Made by a program: the position numbers and the translations under genes
In this document: piece by piece, positions 40,812 to 50,153 of the stretch
Numbering within the stretch: the first letter of the stretch is position 1
Layout of the letters: every line of letters starts with the position of its first letter
Origin: Bdellovibrionota bacterium
GTDB lineage: Bacteria; Bdellovibrionota_G; JALEGL01; DATDPG01
Assembly (NCBI GenBank): GCA_963668355.1
Contig: OY764265.1
Coordinates: forward strand, 2,560,001 to 2,624,000
DNA: 64,000 nt
Reading direction: 5' to 3'
Notes under the pieces: generated by a model
The model's database searches: none
Told to the model about the DNA's origin: nothing
The model's input: only the letters and a program-made list of their open reading frames with translations

Positions 40812-42359
40812 ATGTCTACCGTTATAGAAACATTACTGACACTCCACCTCGAAGAATTCACAGGAAAAGTGGTTTTGAAGAAGGATCAAGTCGAAAAAAC
40901 CATTTTCTTTAAGAAAGGTGACCCCATTTTTGTCGATTCTTCCATTCGAAGTGAAACACTCGGGCAGATGCTTCTGTCACAGAATCGGTTGACTGAGGAA
41001 CAATATCGAGAAGTTATAGAAACCATGACGCGCACTCAAAAACGTCAGGGAGAGGTGATTGTTCAACTTGGCTTTCTGTCTGGCTTTGACGTCTATGAGG
41101 CATTGAAAGAGCAAGGAGCTCGGAAAGTTCAAAACTGTTTTCTTTTGGAAGGGGCAGAAATTGAAACGTCGGAAGGGGAGATTCACTTAAAAGAAGTTCC
41201 CGAATTGCCGATTCCATTCTTTCGAGTGTTTGTAGATTCCATTTCCACAACCTATCTCGGATCGGATGCATTTCTTTTTTCTCCAGAAAAAGCGTTGCTC
41301 ATCAACGAGAAGGGAAAAAACTACCTAAAAAAACAATCACTTGCGCCCCAGGAGGCCCGGCTGACCAATTTTTTAAATGGTAAATATAATGAGGAAACCA
41401 TTCTGACAAAACTCAATCGAGAGGATGCGGAACCTCTGTTGCTTGCGTTTCATCAGCTGGGATTTGTTGACGAGATCGAACTTCCGCCCCAACGTTTCAC
41501 GATTCCGGCCTCTCAGGCCAAACCAATCGAGGAAGTCGAGGGAGATTCTTCCCCCAACACCTCGGAATCTTCTAAGCGAATTGTCAAAATTGCCGAAGAT
41601 GAAGAAGAATTGGAAGAAGGTAAGTCGGAAACTCCCACCAATCCCATCTATCTATATGCTTTACGTCTGAATCAACCGTATCACGAGTTGCTTGGGATTC
41701 GTCCGACGGCCAACAAATTTGAGATCAAAAGACAGTTCGAGAGCCTCGTACGAAAATTGAAATTGGATACCATGACCCGTTCCTTCGAAGGAAGAGACCT
41801 CGAAATTGCCAACAAGGTTTTTGATCGCCTCTCCCTTGCCTACACGGTGCTTGCAGATGATCGAAGACGGCATGAGTATTTTCAAGCCATCGCCAAGCGA
41901 AAACCTCAGGACACGAAGACGACCCCTGAAATTCAAGCTGAAGCCTGTGTTCAAAAGGCTCAAATGTATATGGGCGGAAAAGATTTTTCGAAGGCCGAGG
42001 AAGAGATTCGAAAAGCCATTGAGTTGGTTCCCAAAGAGTCCAGCTTTCATGTGGAATTGGCTCAACTCATCCTTCAAAAAGCCGTTTCCGAGAAAAGGGA
42101 AATTCCTGGCGAGGTGGAAACGGAGTTGAAAGAGGCCCTTAAGCTAAACTCTGCGGATGCGGATGCCTTTTATAAGCTTGGAGAAATTTACAAGATTGGC
42201 GGTGACTTTGAAAAGGCCATGGTGTGTTTTCAAAGGGCCATTGATCATCGTCCTTCTCACGCCAAGGCAATGGCTGAGCTTCGCCTATTGAATATGCGTT
42301 TGGAGTCCAAGAAGTCAGAGAGTTCCTTCATGAAGTTGTTTAAAAAGAAAGACAGCTAG
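40812..42359 (+). CDS. DUF4388-like, degenerate J-domain and TPR protein
   Basis: FTGKVVL...SETLGQML; YHELLGI...EIKRQF...AYTVLADDRRRHEY; C-terminal TPRs. Confidence 0.8.
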   Translation: MSTVIETLLTLHLEEFTGKVVLKKDQVEKTIFFKKGDPIFVDSSIRSETLGQMLLSQNRLTEEQYREVIETMTRTQKRQGEVIVQLGFLSGFDVYEALKEQGARKVQNCFLLEGAEIETSEGEIHLKEVPELPIPFFRVFVDSISTTYLGSDAFLFSPEKALLINEKGKNYLKKQSLAPQEARLTNFLNGKYNEETILTKLNREDAEPLLLAFHQLGFVDEIELPPQRFTIPASQAKPIEEVEGDSSPNTSESSKRIVKIAEDEEELEEGKSETPTNPIYLYALRLNQPYHELLGIRPTANKFEIKRQFESLVRKLKLDTMTRSFEGRDLEIANKVFDRLSLAYTVLADDRRRHEYFQAIAKRKPQDTKTTPEIQAEACVQKAQMYMGGKDFSKAEEEIRKAIELVPKESSFHVELAQLILQKAVSEKREIPGEVETELKEALKLNSADADAFYKLGEIYKIGGDFEKAMVCFQRAIDHRPSHAKAMAELRLLNMRLESKKSESSFMKLFKKKDS

Positions 42360-42360
42360 T

Positions 42361-42669
42361 ATGCCCAAAATTCAGGTTTCAAAAGTCATTCACCGACCAG
42401 CTCAAGAAGCGTATCAAACCTTAAAAGCTCAGTTTGAACGCGGGGATGAGGGAGCCTTTGCCAGCTTGGGGCAAGAAAAACCAGCCATTACATGGCATGA
42501 TGGGGAGCGGAAGGGAGTCTTTTCGAATGGGAAAATCGATGGAGCATTTTTCATTTCCGATGAGAATCCATGCACCTTGCATATCGAAATCAAACTCCCA
42601 ATGATGCTGACCCCCTTAAAAGGAATGATTGAAAAAGGGTTAAAAAAACACCTTGAGACGATCCAATAA
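42361..42669 (+). CDS. PHA_gran_rgn-like small protein
   Basis: MPKIQV... N-terminus; IEIKLPMMLTPLKGMIE C-terminus. Confidence 0.6.
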   Translation: MPKIQVSKVIHRPAQEAYQTLKAQFERGDEGAFASLGQEKPAITWHDGERKGVFSNGKIDGAFFISDENPCTLHIEIKLPMMLTPLKGMIEKGLKKHLETIQ

Positions 42670-44359
42670 ACGAACGGCAAGAAGTCAGCTCCTTTCGCTC
42701 CAAAAGGCTTCCTACGATCTCATTTCGGAAGAAATTCTGGATCGTCAAACCAAAGAAAGCCCCGAGGTAAAAAACTACCGCAGGCAGTATGACCGTGAAG
42801 TAAAAAAATACACCAAAGTGTCCAGTAAAGCTGATCTGGTTGCAGCTGTTCGGGAGACCAACATCGTCTATTGTGGGGATTTTCACACGCTCAAACAAGC
42901 CCAGCGTACCCCAATCAAAATATTGAGACAGGTGGTCAAGGCTCGCCCCAAGATTTCCCTGGGTTTAGAGGTGGTTGCCAAACAGCAAGAGGGGTGGGCC
43001 AACGACTTTGTCCTAGGAAAACTGTCTGAAAGGGAGTTTTTGGAACTGATCCAATACAACGAAAGGTGGGGTTTTCCCTGGGCCAATTATCGTCAGCTAT
43101 TTGATTTTGCGAAGGTTCATCGTCTCCACATTCTGGGATTGAATTCGACTTTGGGAGATCATCTTCCTTTGACGGCCCGCGACGATTTGGCGGCGGATTC
43201 AATTTTAGAAGCCACCATTCGAGACGCTGACCGACTGATTTTTTGTTTATATGGAGATCTTCATATTGCTGGCCCTCATATTCCCCAGAGGGTGGACATG
43301 CGTTTGGCCAAGCATCGAATTCGACGCCAAAGTGTCACCATTTTTCAGAACAGCGATCCCATTTATTGGCAGCTGGCCAAAAAAGGTTTGGAAGCCCAAG
43401 TAGATGTGGTTCGAATTGAAAAGAAAAGGTTTTGTGTCCTGAGTGCGCCTCCGTGGACGAAGTGGCAGTCTTATCTTTCTTGGTTAGAATATCAGAGCAG
43501 CCTTTTGGATGATCCGGAAGACCCTGACTACGGCCAACCTCCACCTAAAGATTATTATCACCAGGTCTTGGTCTTGGCAGGTCGAATTGCCGAGTTTTTG
43601 GGAATTAAAACGCCTGATTTGGAACATTTTTCGGTTTTTACCTCGCATGACACCATGATCATCGAAGAAATTCGAAAATATTGCCTGGCCTGCCACCGGA
43701 ACTCATTTCCTCTGGAGTCATTGATTCGAAGAGAAATCATTGAAAATCGGAGTTGTTTTTTTCCAGAACGATCCATTTTATTTTTAAATGATTTGTCGGA
43801 ACACCGTGCCGCTGAAAAGGCGGGGCAGCTTTTGGCCTCTAAACTGGATCCAACAGGGTGGGTTTACGGTAAGGCCAAAAGTGGAAAAGATATTTTTTAT
43901 CGACAAACCCTTTGGGAAGCCATCGGCTATTTTAGTTCTAAAGTCATCAATCATAAGCGGAAGTGTGATCAGTATCGAGATCTAGAGCGTTTTCTCAAAG
44001 AACAGGAAGGAAAGCGACTCAAGGGAAAACTGAGAGATCAAAGAGAAGCCATTCGAGAAGTCCTTACACATCACGAATACGAAGTGCGGAGGTCCAAACG
44101 AGGAAAGGTTGGAGGAGGCCCCCGAAAGCTGTTTTCATTGAAAACCACTCAATTTTTTCTGGCTGCGAGTTACATCGGCCAAATATTGGGGGAAAGACTA
44201 TTTTTAAGAATGATTGAAGAGCCGGTTACGAATAAGGAGGTACGAGCCCTTTATTCCCCGATTTCACCCGAGGCCAATGCGGGTGAAAAACGCTATTGGA
44301 GCCTCATGGAGTTTCTGGGGAAGCCTGGAAAGAATCAAAGCAAGGATGACCGATTTTGA
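42653..44359 (+). CDS. ChaN/Tiki-superfamily domain protein (start uncertain)
   Basis: IVYCGDFHT, LGLEVV, WGFPWANYRQLF, RDDLAA, LYGDLH. Confidence 0.7.
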   Translation: MRRSNKRTARSQLLSLQKASYDLISEEILDRQTKESPEVKNYRRQYDREVKKYTKVSSKADLVAAVRETNIVYCGDFHTLKQAQRTPIKILRQVVKARPKISLGLEVVAKQQEGWANDFVLGKLSEREFLELIQYNERWGFPWANYRQLFDFAKVHRLHILGLNSTLGDHLPLTARDDLAADSILEATIRDADRLIFCLYGDLHIAGPHIPQRVDMRLAKHRIRRQSVTIFQNSDPIYWQLAKKGLEAQVDVVRIEKKRFCVLSAPPWTKWQSYLSWLEYQSSLLDDPEDPDYGQPPPKDYYHQVLVLAGRIAEFLGIKTPDLEHFSVFTSHDTMIIEEIRKYCLACHRNSFPLESLIRREIIENRSCFFPERSILFLNDLSEHRAAEKAGQLLASKLDPTGWVYGKAKSGKDIFYRQTLWEAIGYFSSKVINHKRKCDQYRDLERFLKEQEGKRLKGKLRDQREAIREVLTHHEYEVRRSKRGKVGGGPRKLFSLKTTQFFLAASYIGQILGERLFLRMIEEPVTNKEVRALYSPISPEANAGEKRYWSLMEFLGKPGKNQSKDDRF

Positions 44360-45624
44360 ATCAAAATCGGATCATTGTCCCCAAGGTGGTCCGACGTGTC
44401 CTAAAAACTCTCCGTGATCACGGGTATTCAGTTTATCCGGTGGGAGGAGCCGTCCGGGATTCTCTTCGAGGGATTCGACCGCAAGACTGGGATTTGGCCA
44501 GTGACGCGAGGCCTGAAACCATTGAGAACCTCTTTCCCAAAACCCTCGCAACGGGCAAGAAATTCGGAACCATTACGGTGGTCGAAGGAGAACACTTCAT
44601 TCAGATCACCACCTTTCGAAGCGAGAGTAAGTATGAAAAACAACGTCGTCCTCGAAAGGTTTCTTATATTGGAAACATTTTGGATGACCTGGCTCGGCGG
44701 GACTTTACGTTCAATGCGATGGCGTATGATGTCCTAAAGAAAAAGCTGTTGGATCCTTTTGGCGGACGAGGTGATCTGAAAAAGAGGCGATTAAGAACCG
44801 TAGGGGAGCCTCAAAAACGATTCAGGGAAGATCATTTGAGACTCGTGAGGGCGGGGCGCTTCATTGCGCAGCTCAATGTAACCCCCACGTTAGAAGTCAC
44901 GGAAGGAGCGAAGAATGTACGGAGGAAATTGAGTCAGGTGTCTCCGGAGCGCATTCGGGACGAGCTTTCCAAACTTTTGTTGGCGAGCCGACCCGAGAAG
45001 GGATTGGCTTGGTTGCAGGAAACGGGCATCTTAAAGGCGTTTCTTCCGGAAGTATCTTTGGGAGAAGCTTCTCTTGAGGCCTTGAGGCTCTCAACCCCGA
45101 AATTGAACGTCCGCTTGGCTCTTTTGCTCACGGGAGAATCCCGATCTCGCAAGATTCAAACCCCTTTAAAAAGTGAAAGCATTTTGAAACGACTTAGGTT
45201 TCCCAAGCATCTTCAAAAAGACGTGCAAACTCTGCTTTCCCATCAAACCATTGAAATTCAGAAGTTGGCAAAAAATGAAAAAGATCTCCGAAAATTTTTA
45301 ATGGTCCTCAAGCCCCAACGCCTGGACGCTTTTTTAGACGTGAAGCGAGCCCTACTTTTGGCTGAGGATTCGAAAACCCTTCCCAAAGAAACCTTTCGAT
45401 CCATCCGGAGATTTGCGCAAAAGGTCAGGGACGAAAAGCAAGCCCTCGAAATTCAGGACCTGGCCCTCGATGGGCGAGAGATTATGAGCGTTCTCAAGAT
45501 TCCCTCGAGTCCACGAATCGGGCACCTCTTGCAACAGCTCCTGGAAGAAGTCGTGAAACGACCGAAAATGAACCAAAAAGAGGTGCTCATTCGCAGGGTG
45601 AAAGAGCTAAACGCGGCGCGTTAA
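44356..45624 (+). CDS. Class II tRNA nucleotidyltransferase (CCA/poly(A) polymerase family)
   Basis: VGGAVRD, DWD, DLARRDFTFNAM, RFREDHLR, SPERIRDEL. Confidence 0.9.
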   Translation: MNQNRIIVPKVVRRVLKTLRDHGYSVYPVGGAVRDSLRGIRPQDWDLASDARPETIENLFPKTLATGKKFGTITVVEGEHFIQITTFRSESKYEKQRRPRKVSYIGNILDDLARRDFTFNAMAYDVLKKKLLDPFGGRGDLKKRRLRTVGEPQKRFREDHLRLVRAGRFIAQLNVTPTLEVTEGAKNVRRKLSQVSPERIRDELSKLLLASRPEKGLAWLQETGILKAFLPEVSLGEASLEALRLSTPKLNVRLALLLTGESRSRKIQTPLKSESILKRLRFPKHLQKDVQTLLSHQTIEIQKLAKNEKDLRKFLMVLKPQRLDAFLDVKRALLLAEDSKTLPKETFRSIRRFAQKVRDEKQALEIQDLALDGREIMSVLKIPSSPRIGHLLQQLLEEVVKRPKMNQKEVLIRRVKELNAAR

Positions 45625-45668
45625 TTTCTTGCTCAAGGCCTCTGGATCGTGATATTTGGAAGTCAGAA

Positions 45669-47189
45669 GTGTCTTTCCGGGTTCAAAGGTTTTTCGTCTT
45701 TTCCATTCTCATTCTTGGGGCTTGTTCTCAAACCGCGTCCCAAGACTCAAACGACGTCGTGATTGGCGGACATTTTGACAGTTATTGCGATTCTTTTAAG
45801 TCGGTTACTAGCCATGCTTTAAAGTATCACTTAACCAAAGATGAATCGGACTTCGACTCCCTTCGACGCAAAACGGTCGAGAAATTGGCCGAAAATTGGG
45901 GCCAGACAGAGATTCCCTCCAACACAGAAGATTGTTCCGACATCTTGTCCTTACGTCCGGAGGGGATTACAGAGCGGGAAGCTTTTTTAAAAGCCACAAA
46001 ACTTTTTATGTCGGGACTCGACCCTCATTCGCTTTATCTAAGCCCCAGCGAAATGGAAACGCATCTCCAACAGTCTGAAAATGTATTTGAAGGCATTGGG
46101 ATTGAGTTTCGCCATTCGGTGATCGATCGGTGGTTGCCCCCACGGCCGGAACTCGCCATTTTCCATGTCTTTAAGGGGTCTTTGGCCTTCGATCAACTTC
46201 TGGACGGAGAGGTTGTGAGTTTGGATGGCTATCCGGAACAAATTAAAACCCAAAAAGAACTCATCCAATGGAGTGAGAATTTTGCCCCAACCCTACGGTT
46301 GAAACGGGCCGAAGATGATGATTTCGTTGAATTATTGGCTAAGGCGTATAAGTGGTCCCCTGTAACGTCGAGACGGTTCGATCGGGATGACCAGGTCTTT
46401 GGATATCTCCGATTTCGTCAATTTACAAAGAATTCAGCTCAAATGGCCCGAGAAGCGCTGGAAGCGTTTGACCGAGACCCAGAGGTCCAAGCCATTTTAT
46501 TGGACCTAAGAGGAAATCCAGGGGGGTTGTTGACCGAGGCCATCGAACTTGCGGATATATTCATGGATCAAGGGTTGATCGCACGTACCACGGGCAACCC
46601 CAATAAAGCCTATCCGGATGACCTCAATCTCGATGTTGAATATCGGGCCAATGAACCAGGGAAAATCACAGACAAGCTCATCCTCTTTCTCATTGATTCC
46701 GACACGGCGAGTGCATCTGAAATCTTGGCCGGGGCTCTTTGGAATGAGGTTTTAATTCTGGGGGATAAAAGTTTTGGAAAGGGAATCGGACAAATTCGAA
46801 TTCGCTCCAATGCTTCGGGTTACGATTTGGGTGGAATGGTTTTATTGACAATGTTTCGATATGAATTTGCCGATCAGTTCTCTCCCCAGGCCCGAGGAAT
46901 CAGTCCCCATATTCTCATGCCCCACCCAAGCTTGTACGCGATGAAAGAGGAACGAAAACAACTGGGGCAAAACGTTTTCCTGAGAGAAGAAGACTTTGGG
47001 GATCGAACCATTCCCGAAAAGGGTCCTCCAGGGCGTTCTTCACCTCAAGGAGACATCGGAAGAATCATAAAGCGACTTCGAAACCATATTCAGCTCCCAG
47101 ACCGCTGCAAGGAGAATGAAGATTGTCAGCTGGAGCGGGCCTTTTTAATCGGAAAACAAGCCTTGCGAGAAGTTGACAGAACTTCGTAA
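45669..47189 (+). CDS. S41 C-terminal processing peptidase (lipoprotein)
   Basis: LDPHSLY, LDLRGNPGG, TASASEI, SFGKG; lipobox LGAC. Confidence 0.88.
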   Translation: MSFRVQRFFVFSILILGACSQTASQDSNDVVIGGHFDSYCDSFKSVTSHALKYHLTKDESDFDSLRRKTVEKLAENWGQTEIPSNTEDCSDILSLRPEGITEREAFLKATKLFMSGLDPHSLYLSPSEMETHLQQSENVFEGIGIEFRHSVIDRWLPPRPELAIFHVFKGSLAFDQLLDGEVVSLDGYPEQIKTQKELIQWSENFAPTLRLKRAEDDDFVELLAKAYKWSPVTSRRFDRDDQVFGYLRFRQFTKNSAQMAREALEAFDRDPEVQAILLDLRGNPGGLLTEAIELADIFMDQGLIARTTGNPNKAYPDDLNLDVEYRANEPGKITDKLILFLIDSDTASASEILAGALWNEVLILGDKSFGKGIGQIRIRSNASGYDLGGMVLLTMFRYEFADQFSPQARGISPHILMPHPSLYAMKEERKQLGQNVFLREEDFGDRTIPEKGPPGRSSPQGDIGRIIKRLRNHIQLPDRCKENEDCQLERAFLIGKQALREVDRTS

Positions 47190-47242
47190 GCCTTTTAACG
47201 ATTCCTTTCATTGAAGAAACTGAGGCTGAAAAAGAGAACAAC

Positions 47243-47629
47243 ATGAAAGAATATCCAAATTGGCAAAACCGACAAAAACTCCTTTATTCCCGGGATCACA
47301 CTCCGTCTTCCAATCAATTGAAAGAGTTTGGAGAAATGGCTTTGGAAAAAGGCCTGTATCAGGATGCTTTAGAGTTTTTTGCAAAGATTCAAGATGAGGA
47401 AGGCCTTAAAAAAATTCAAACGTATGCTTTGGACGAAGGGGACGCTTTTTTGTTTCAGGCGTTTGAAAGGTTTTCTCGTCAGGAAATTTCTGATGATCTT
47501 TGGAACCGTCTTGGAAGGAACGCGGTCCAAAACGGAAAAATTCGTTTTGCCCGAATGGCCTTCGAGCGCACGGAAAATAAAGAGGAATTGAAAAACCTCC
47601 CAGAAAATCAAGAGTCGATCGAAGAATGA
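47243..47629 (+). CDS. Hypothetical alpha-helical repeat protein
   Basis: ORF coupled to trmB; TPR-like G..AL..G.Y..A...F pattern. Confidence 0.6.
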   Translation: MKEYPNWQNRQKLLYSRDHTPSSNQLKEFGEMALEKGLYQDALEFFAKIQDEEGLKKIQTYALDEGDAFLFQAFERFSRQEISDDLWNRLGRNAVQNGKIRFARMAFERTENKEELKNLPENQESIEE

Positions 47630-48210
47630 TCCTGGACCTCAATCTTCTCCCCAAACCTTTGAATTTCGAGACTCTTTTTGGCCGAAAGAAGCCGGTTGAA
47701 ATCGAGATTGGAGTCGGGAAAGGGCGATTCATGAGGGAATACGCCTTAGCTCATCCTCAGTTAAATCTTTTTGGGATTGAGCGAGCTGGAAAATGGCTTC
47801 GGCATGCGGAAGAACGTCTGAAAAAAGCGGAAGTTGAGAATGTTCGTCTGGTCACCGGTTTTGCGGAACCCTTTGTGGATCTTTTTTTGGAAAATGAAAC
47901 GATCCAAGCCTTTCACATTTACTTTCCAGATCCGTGGCCAAAACGAAGGCACAACAAGCGAAGGTTGTTCCAGTCGCGTTTTGTTGAAAGCCTTCTCCCC
48001 AAATTGATTCCGGAAGGAAAAATCCATATTGCGACCGATCATATGGAATATTTCGAGTCCATTTCCGAATGCCTGACAACGTTTGAGGAACAAGGCAAAC
48101 TGAGGTTCACGCGGACAGAACGAGGAGATTTCGTTTCAAACTTTCAAGCAAAATATGAAGAAGAGGGTAGGCCCATTGCCTTTGCCATGGCGGAGAAATG
48201 CACGAGTTAA
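47626..48210 (+). CDS. trmB: tRNA (guanine-N7)-methyltransferase
   Basis: EIGVGKGRF, FPDPWPKRRHNKRRL, ATDHMEY. Confidence 0.93.
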   Translation: MILDLNLLPKPLNFETLFGRKKPVEIEIGVGKGRFMREYALAHPQLNLFGIERAGKWLRHAEERLKKAEVENVRLVTGFAEPFVDLFLENETIQAFHIYFPDPWPKRRHNKRRLFQSRFVESLLPKLIPEGKIHIATDHMEYFESISECLTTFEEQGKLRFTRTERGDFVSNFQAKYEEEGRPIAFAMAEKCTS

Positions 48211-48743
48211 CCATTAACCAAACCAAACTGGTCATCAAACAAGGGGATATCACGCAAGAAATTGTGGACGTGATCGTCAATGCGGCGAATTCGGCTCTTG
48301 CCGGTGGAGGGGGTGTGGACGGAGCGATTCACCGAGCCGCAGGCCCTAGCATTTTAGAGGAGTGCGCCCAATTTGGGGGGTGTCCAACTGGAGGAGCTGT
48401 GATTACGGGTGCGGGCAATCTCCGAGTCAAGCATATCCTGCATACCGTCGGTCCTGTTTGGGAAGGGGGCGAGGAAGGTGAGGACGCTTTGTTAAGAAGC
48501 GCCTATCAAAACAGCTTGGCTCTGGCTTCTCTAAAAGGATGCAAAAGCATTGCTTTTCCTTCCATCAGCACCGGAGCTTATGGATACCCGATTCAAGATG
48601 CGGCGCCCATTGCCATGGAAACCTGTGTTTCATACGTTCGTGGAAACCCAAGTTTTGAAGAATTACGCTTTGTTCTGTTCTCAGATTCCGATGAAAAAAT
48701 ATATCAACGTGAATTGGAAAAAATCCGTCTAAGCATCCAATAG
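48198..48743 (+). CDS. Macrodomain O-acetyl-ADP-ribose deacetylase (YmdB-like)
   Basis: GDIT, VNAANSALAGGGGVDGAIHRAAG, AFPSISTGAYGYP. Confidence 0.92.
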   Translation: MHELTINQTKLVIKQGDITQEIVDVIVNAANSALAGGGGVDGAIHRAAGPSILEECAQFGGCPTGGAVITGAGNLRVKHILHTVGPVWEGGEEGEDALLRSAYQNSLALASLKGCKSIAFPSISTGAYGYPIQDAAPIAMETCVSYVRGNPSFEELRFVLFSDSDEKIYQRELEKIRLSIQ

Positions 48744-49409
48744 CCGTTTCGCCTTTTGAAACACATTTCTCAACATCGGTTCCGTGAGTTTTTTGGTGAA
48801 GGTGTTTTGTTGGCTTGGGTGGTAGCTTGCGAAAATTGTGTAGGGGCCTAAGGAAAGGACTTTTCCGTGTTTGAATTTCGGTTTAGGGGAAACGCTTAGG
48901 CCTCGATCTTTCAATGCGCGGATCGTATTGTCCCAGGCAAACGAGCCCAAACAAACCAAGATTCGAAGGTCGGAGAAGATGTCCAATTCCCGATTCAAAA
49001 ATGGAAGGCAAGAATCTCTTTCCGGGGGCGTTGGTCGGTTTTCAGGTGGGGCACACCTGACGATTGCGGTGACATAGGCGTCTTTTAATTTCAAACCATC
49101 TTGAAGGTTCTGGGAAAGGGGTTGATTGGCAAAACCCGACTGAAAAAGTGCACGATAAAGCCAGTCCCCAGATCGATCTCCGGTAAACATCCGGCCGGTC
49201 CGATTGGCACCGTGGGCTCCAGGAGCCAAACCAATAATCAATAGCCGCGGACGTGCGACCCCAAAACCGGTTACGGGTTTCCCCCAATAGAGTTCTTTTC
49301 GATAAGCGGCTTTCTTTTCAAGGGCAACCTTTGAACACCACTTCCTTAAACGTGGACATTGTTTGCAGTTAAGAATTTCTTGATTGAGGTCTCGAAGAGA
49401 TCTTTTCAA
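48729..49409 (-). CDS. Uracil-DNA glycosylase, family 5 (UdgB-like)
   Basis: CxxC, GLAPGAHGANRTGRMFTGD, RCAPP, HPSQQN. Confidence 0.9.
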   Translation of the reverse strand: MKRSLRDLNQEILNCKQCPRLRKWCSKVALEKKAAYRKELYWGKPVTGFGVARPRLLIIGLAPGAHGANRTGRMFTGDRSGDWLYRALFQSGFANQPLSQNLQDGLKLKDAYVTAIVRCAPPENRPTPPERDSCLPFLNRELDIFSDLRILVCLGSFAWDNTIRALKDRGLSVSPKPKFKHGKVLSLGPYTIFASYHPSQQNTFTKKLTEPMLRNVFQKAKRLLDA

Positions 49410-50152
49410 TTTTTTTGGGCTTCTCCCGTCATGGGCACAAAAGAAACCGGGAAAACGGTCATGTCTTTGAAAGAGCCGTCTTCCTTTTTTTCCAAAAGCC
49501 GGAGTTCTTGTCGAGCATAGACGCCCTCGGTCGAACCCAGGGGAATTACGAGTTTCCCGCCGGGCTTGAGTTGCTCTTTTAGCGGCTCTGGAACTTTTTC
49601 CGGAGCGGCCGTGACAATGATGGCATCGAAAGGAGCCTCATCAGGCCAACCTTGGTAGCCATCTCCAACTTTGAGATGCACATGATCGAGCAAGCCCGTT
49701 TTCTGAAGATTGTCCTTGGCTTGATCCGATAAAATTTGAATGATTTCAATCGAAAAAACTTCGGCTCCCATAGTGGCCAAGACGCCAGCTTGGTAACCTG
49801 AGCCGGTTCCAATCTCCAGGACCTTGCTTCCTTTTTTGACATCCACCAATTCTGTCATTTTTGCGACAATATAGGGTTGAGAAATCGTTTGTCCTCCCCC
49901 GATGGGAATGGGGTAATCTTCATAAGCCTGTCTTCGATATTTTTCGGGAATGAAGAAATGCCGAGGCACGTTTCGCATGGCATGTAGAAGAAGGGGAGAA
50001 CGAATATCTCGCTTGACCATTTGGTTTTCGACCATTGCTTCACGCATCATTCGATAGTCTCTTTCTGTGTCCGATTTTGGCTCACCCATTGCCCCAGTGG
50101 GGAAAAGGGCCAAGCAAAGCGCAAGTCCAATTGTGTTCTTTCGGGTACCCAT
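49406..50152 (-). CDS. pcm: Protein-L-isoaspartate O-methyltransferase with an N-terminal signal-like segment
   Basis: VPRHFF, QTISQPYIV, VLEIGTGSGYQA, GDGYQGW, FVPMTG. Confidence 0.93.
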   Translation of the reverse strand: MGTRKNTIGLALCLALFPTGAMGEPKSDTERDYRMMREAMVENQMVKRDIRSPLLLHAMRNVPRHFFIPEKYRRQAYEDYPIPIGGGQTISQPYIVAKMTELVDVKKGSKVLEIGTGSGYQAGVLATMGAEVFSIEIIQILSDQAKDNLQKTGLLDHVHLKVGDGYQGWPDEAPFDAIIVTAAPEKVPEPLKEQLKPGGKLVIPLGSTEGVYARQELRLLEKKEDGSFKDMTVFPVSFVPMTGEAQKN

Positions 50153-50153
50153 T

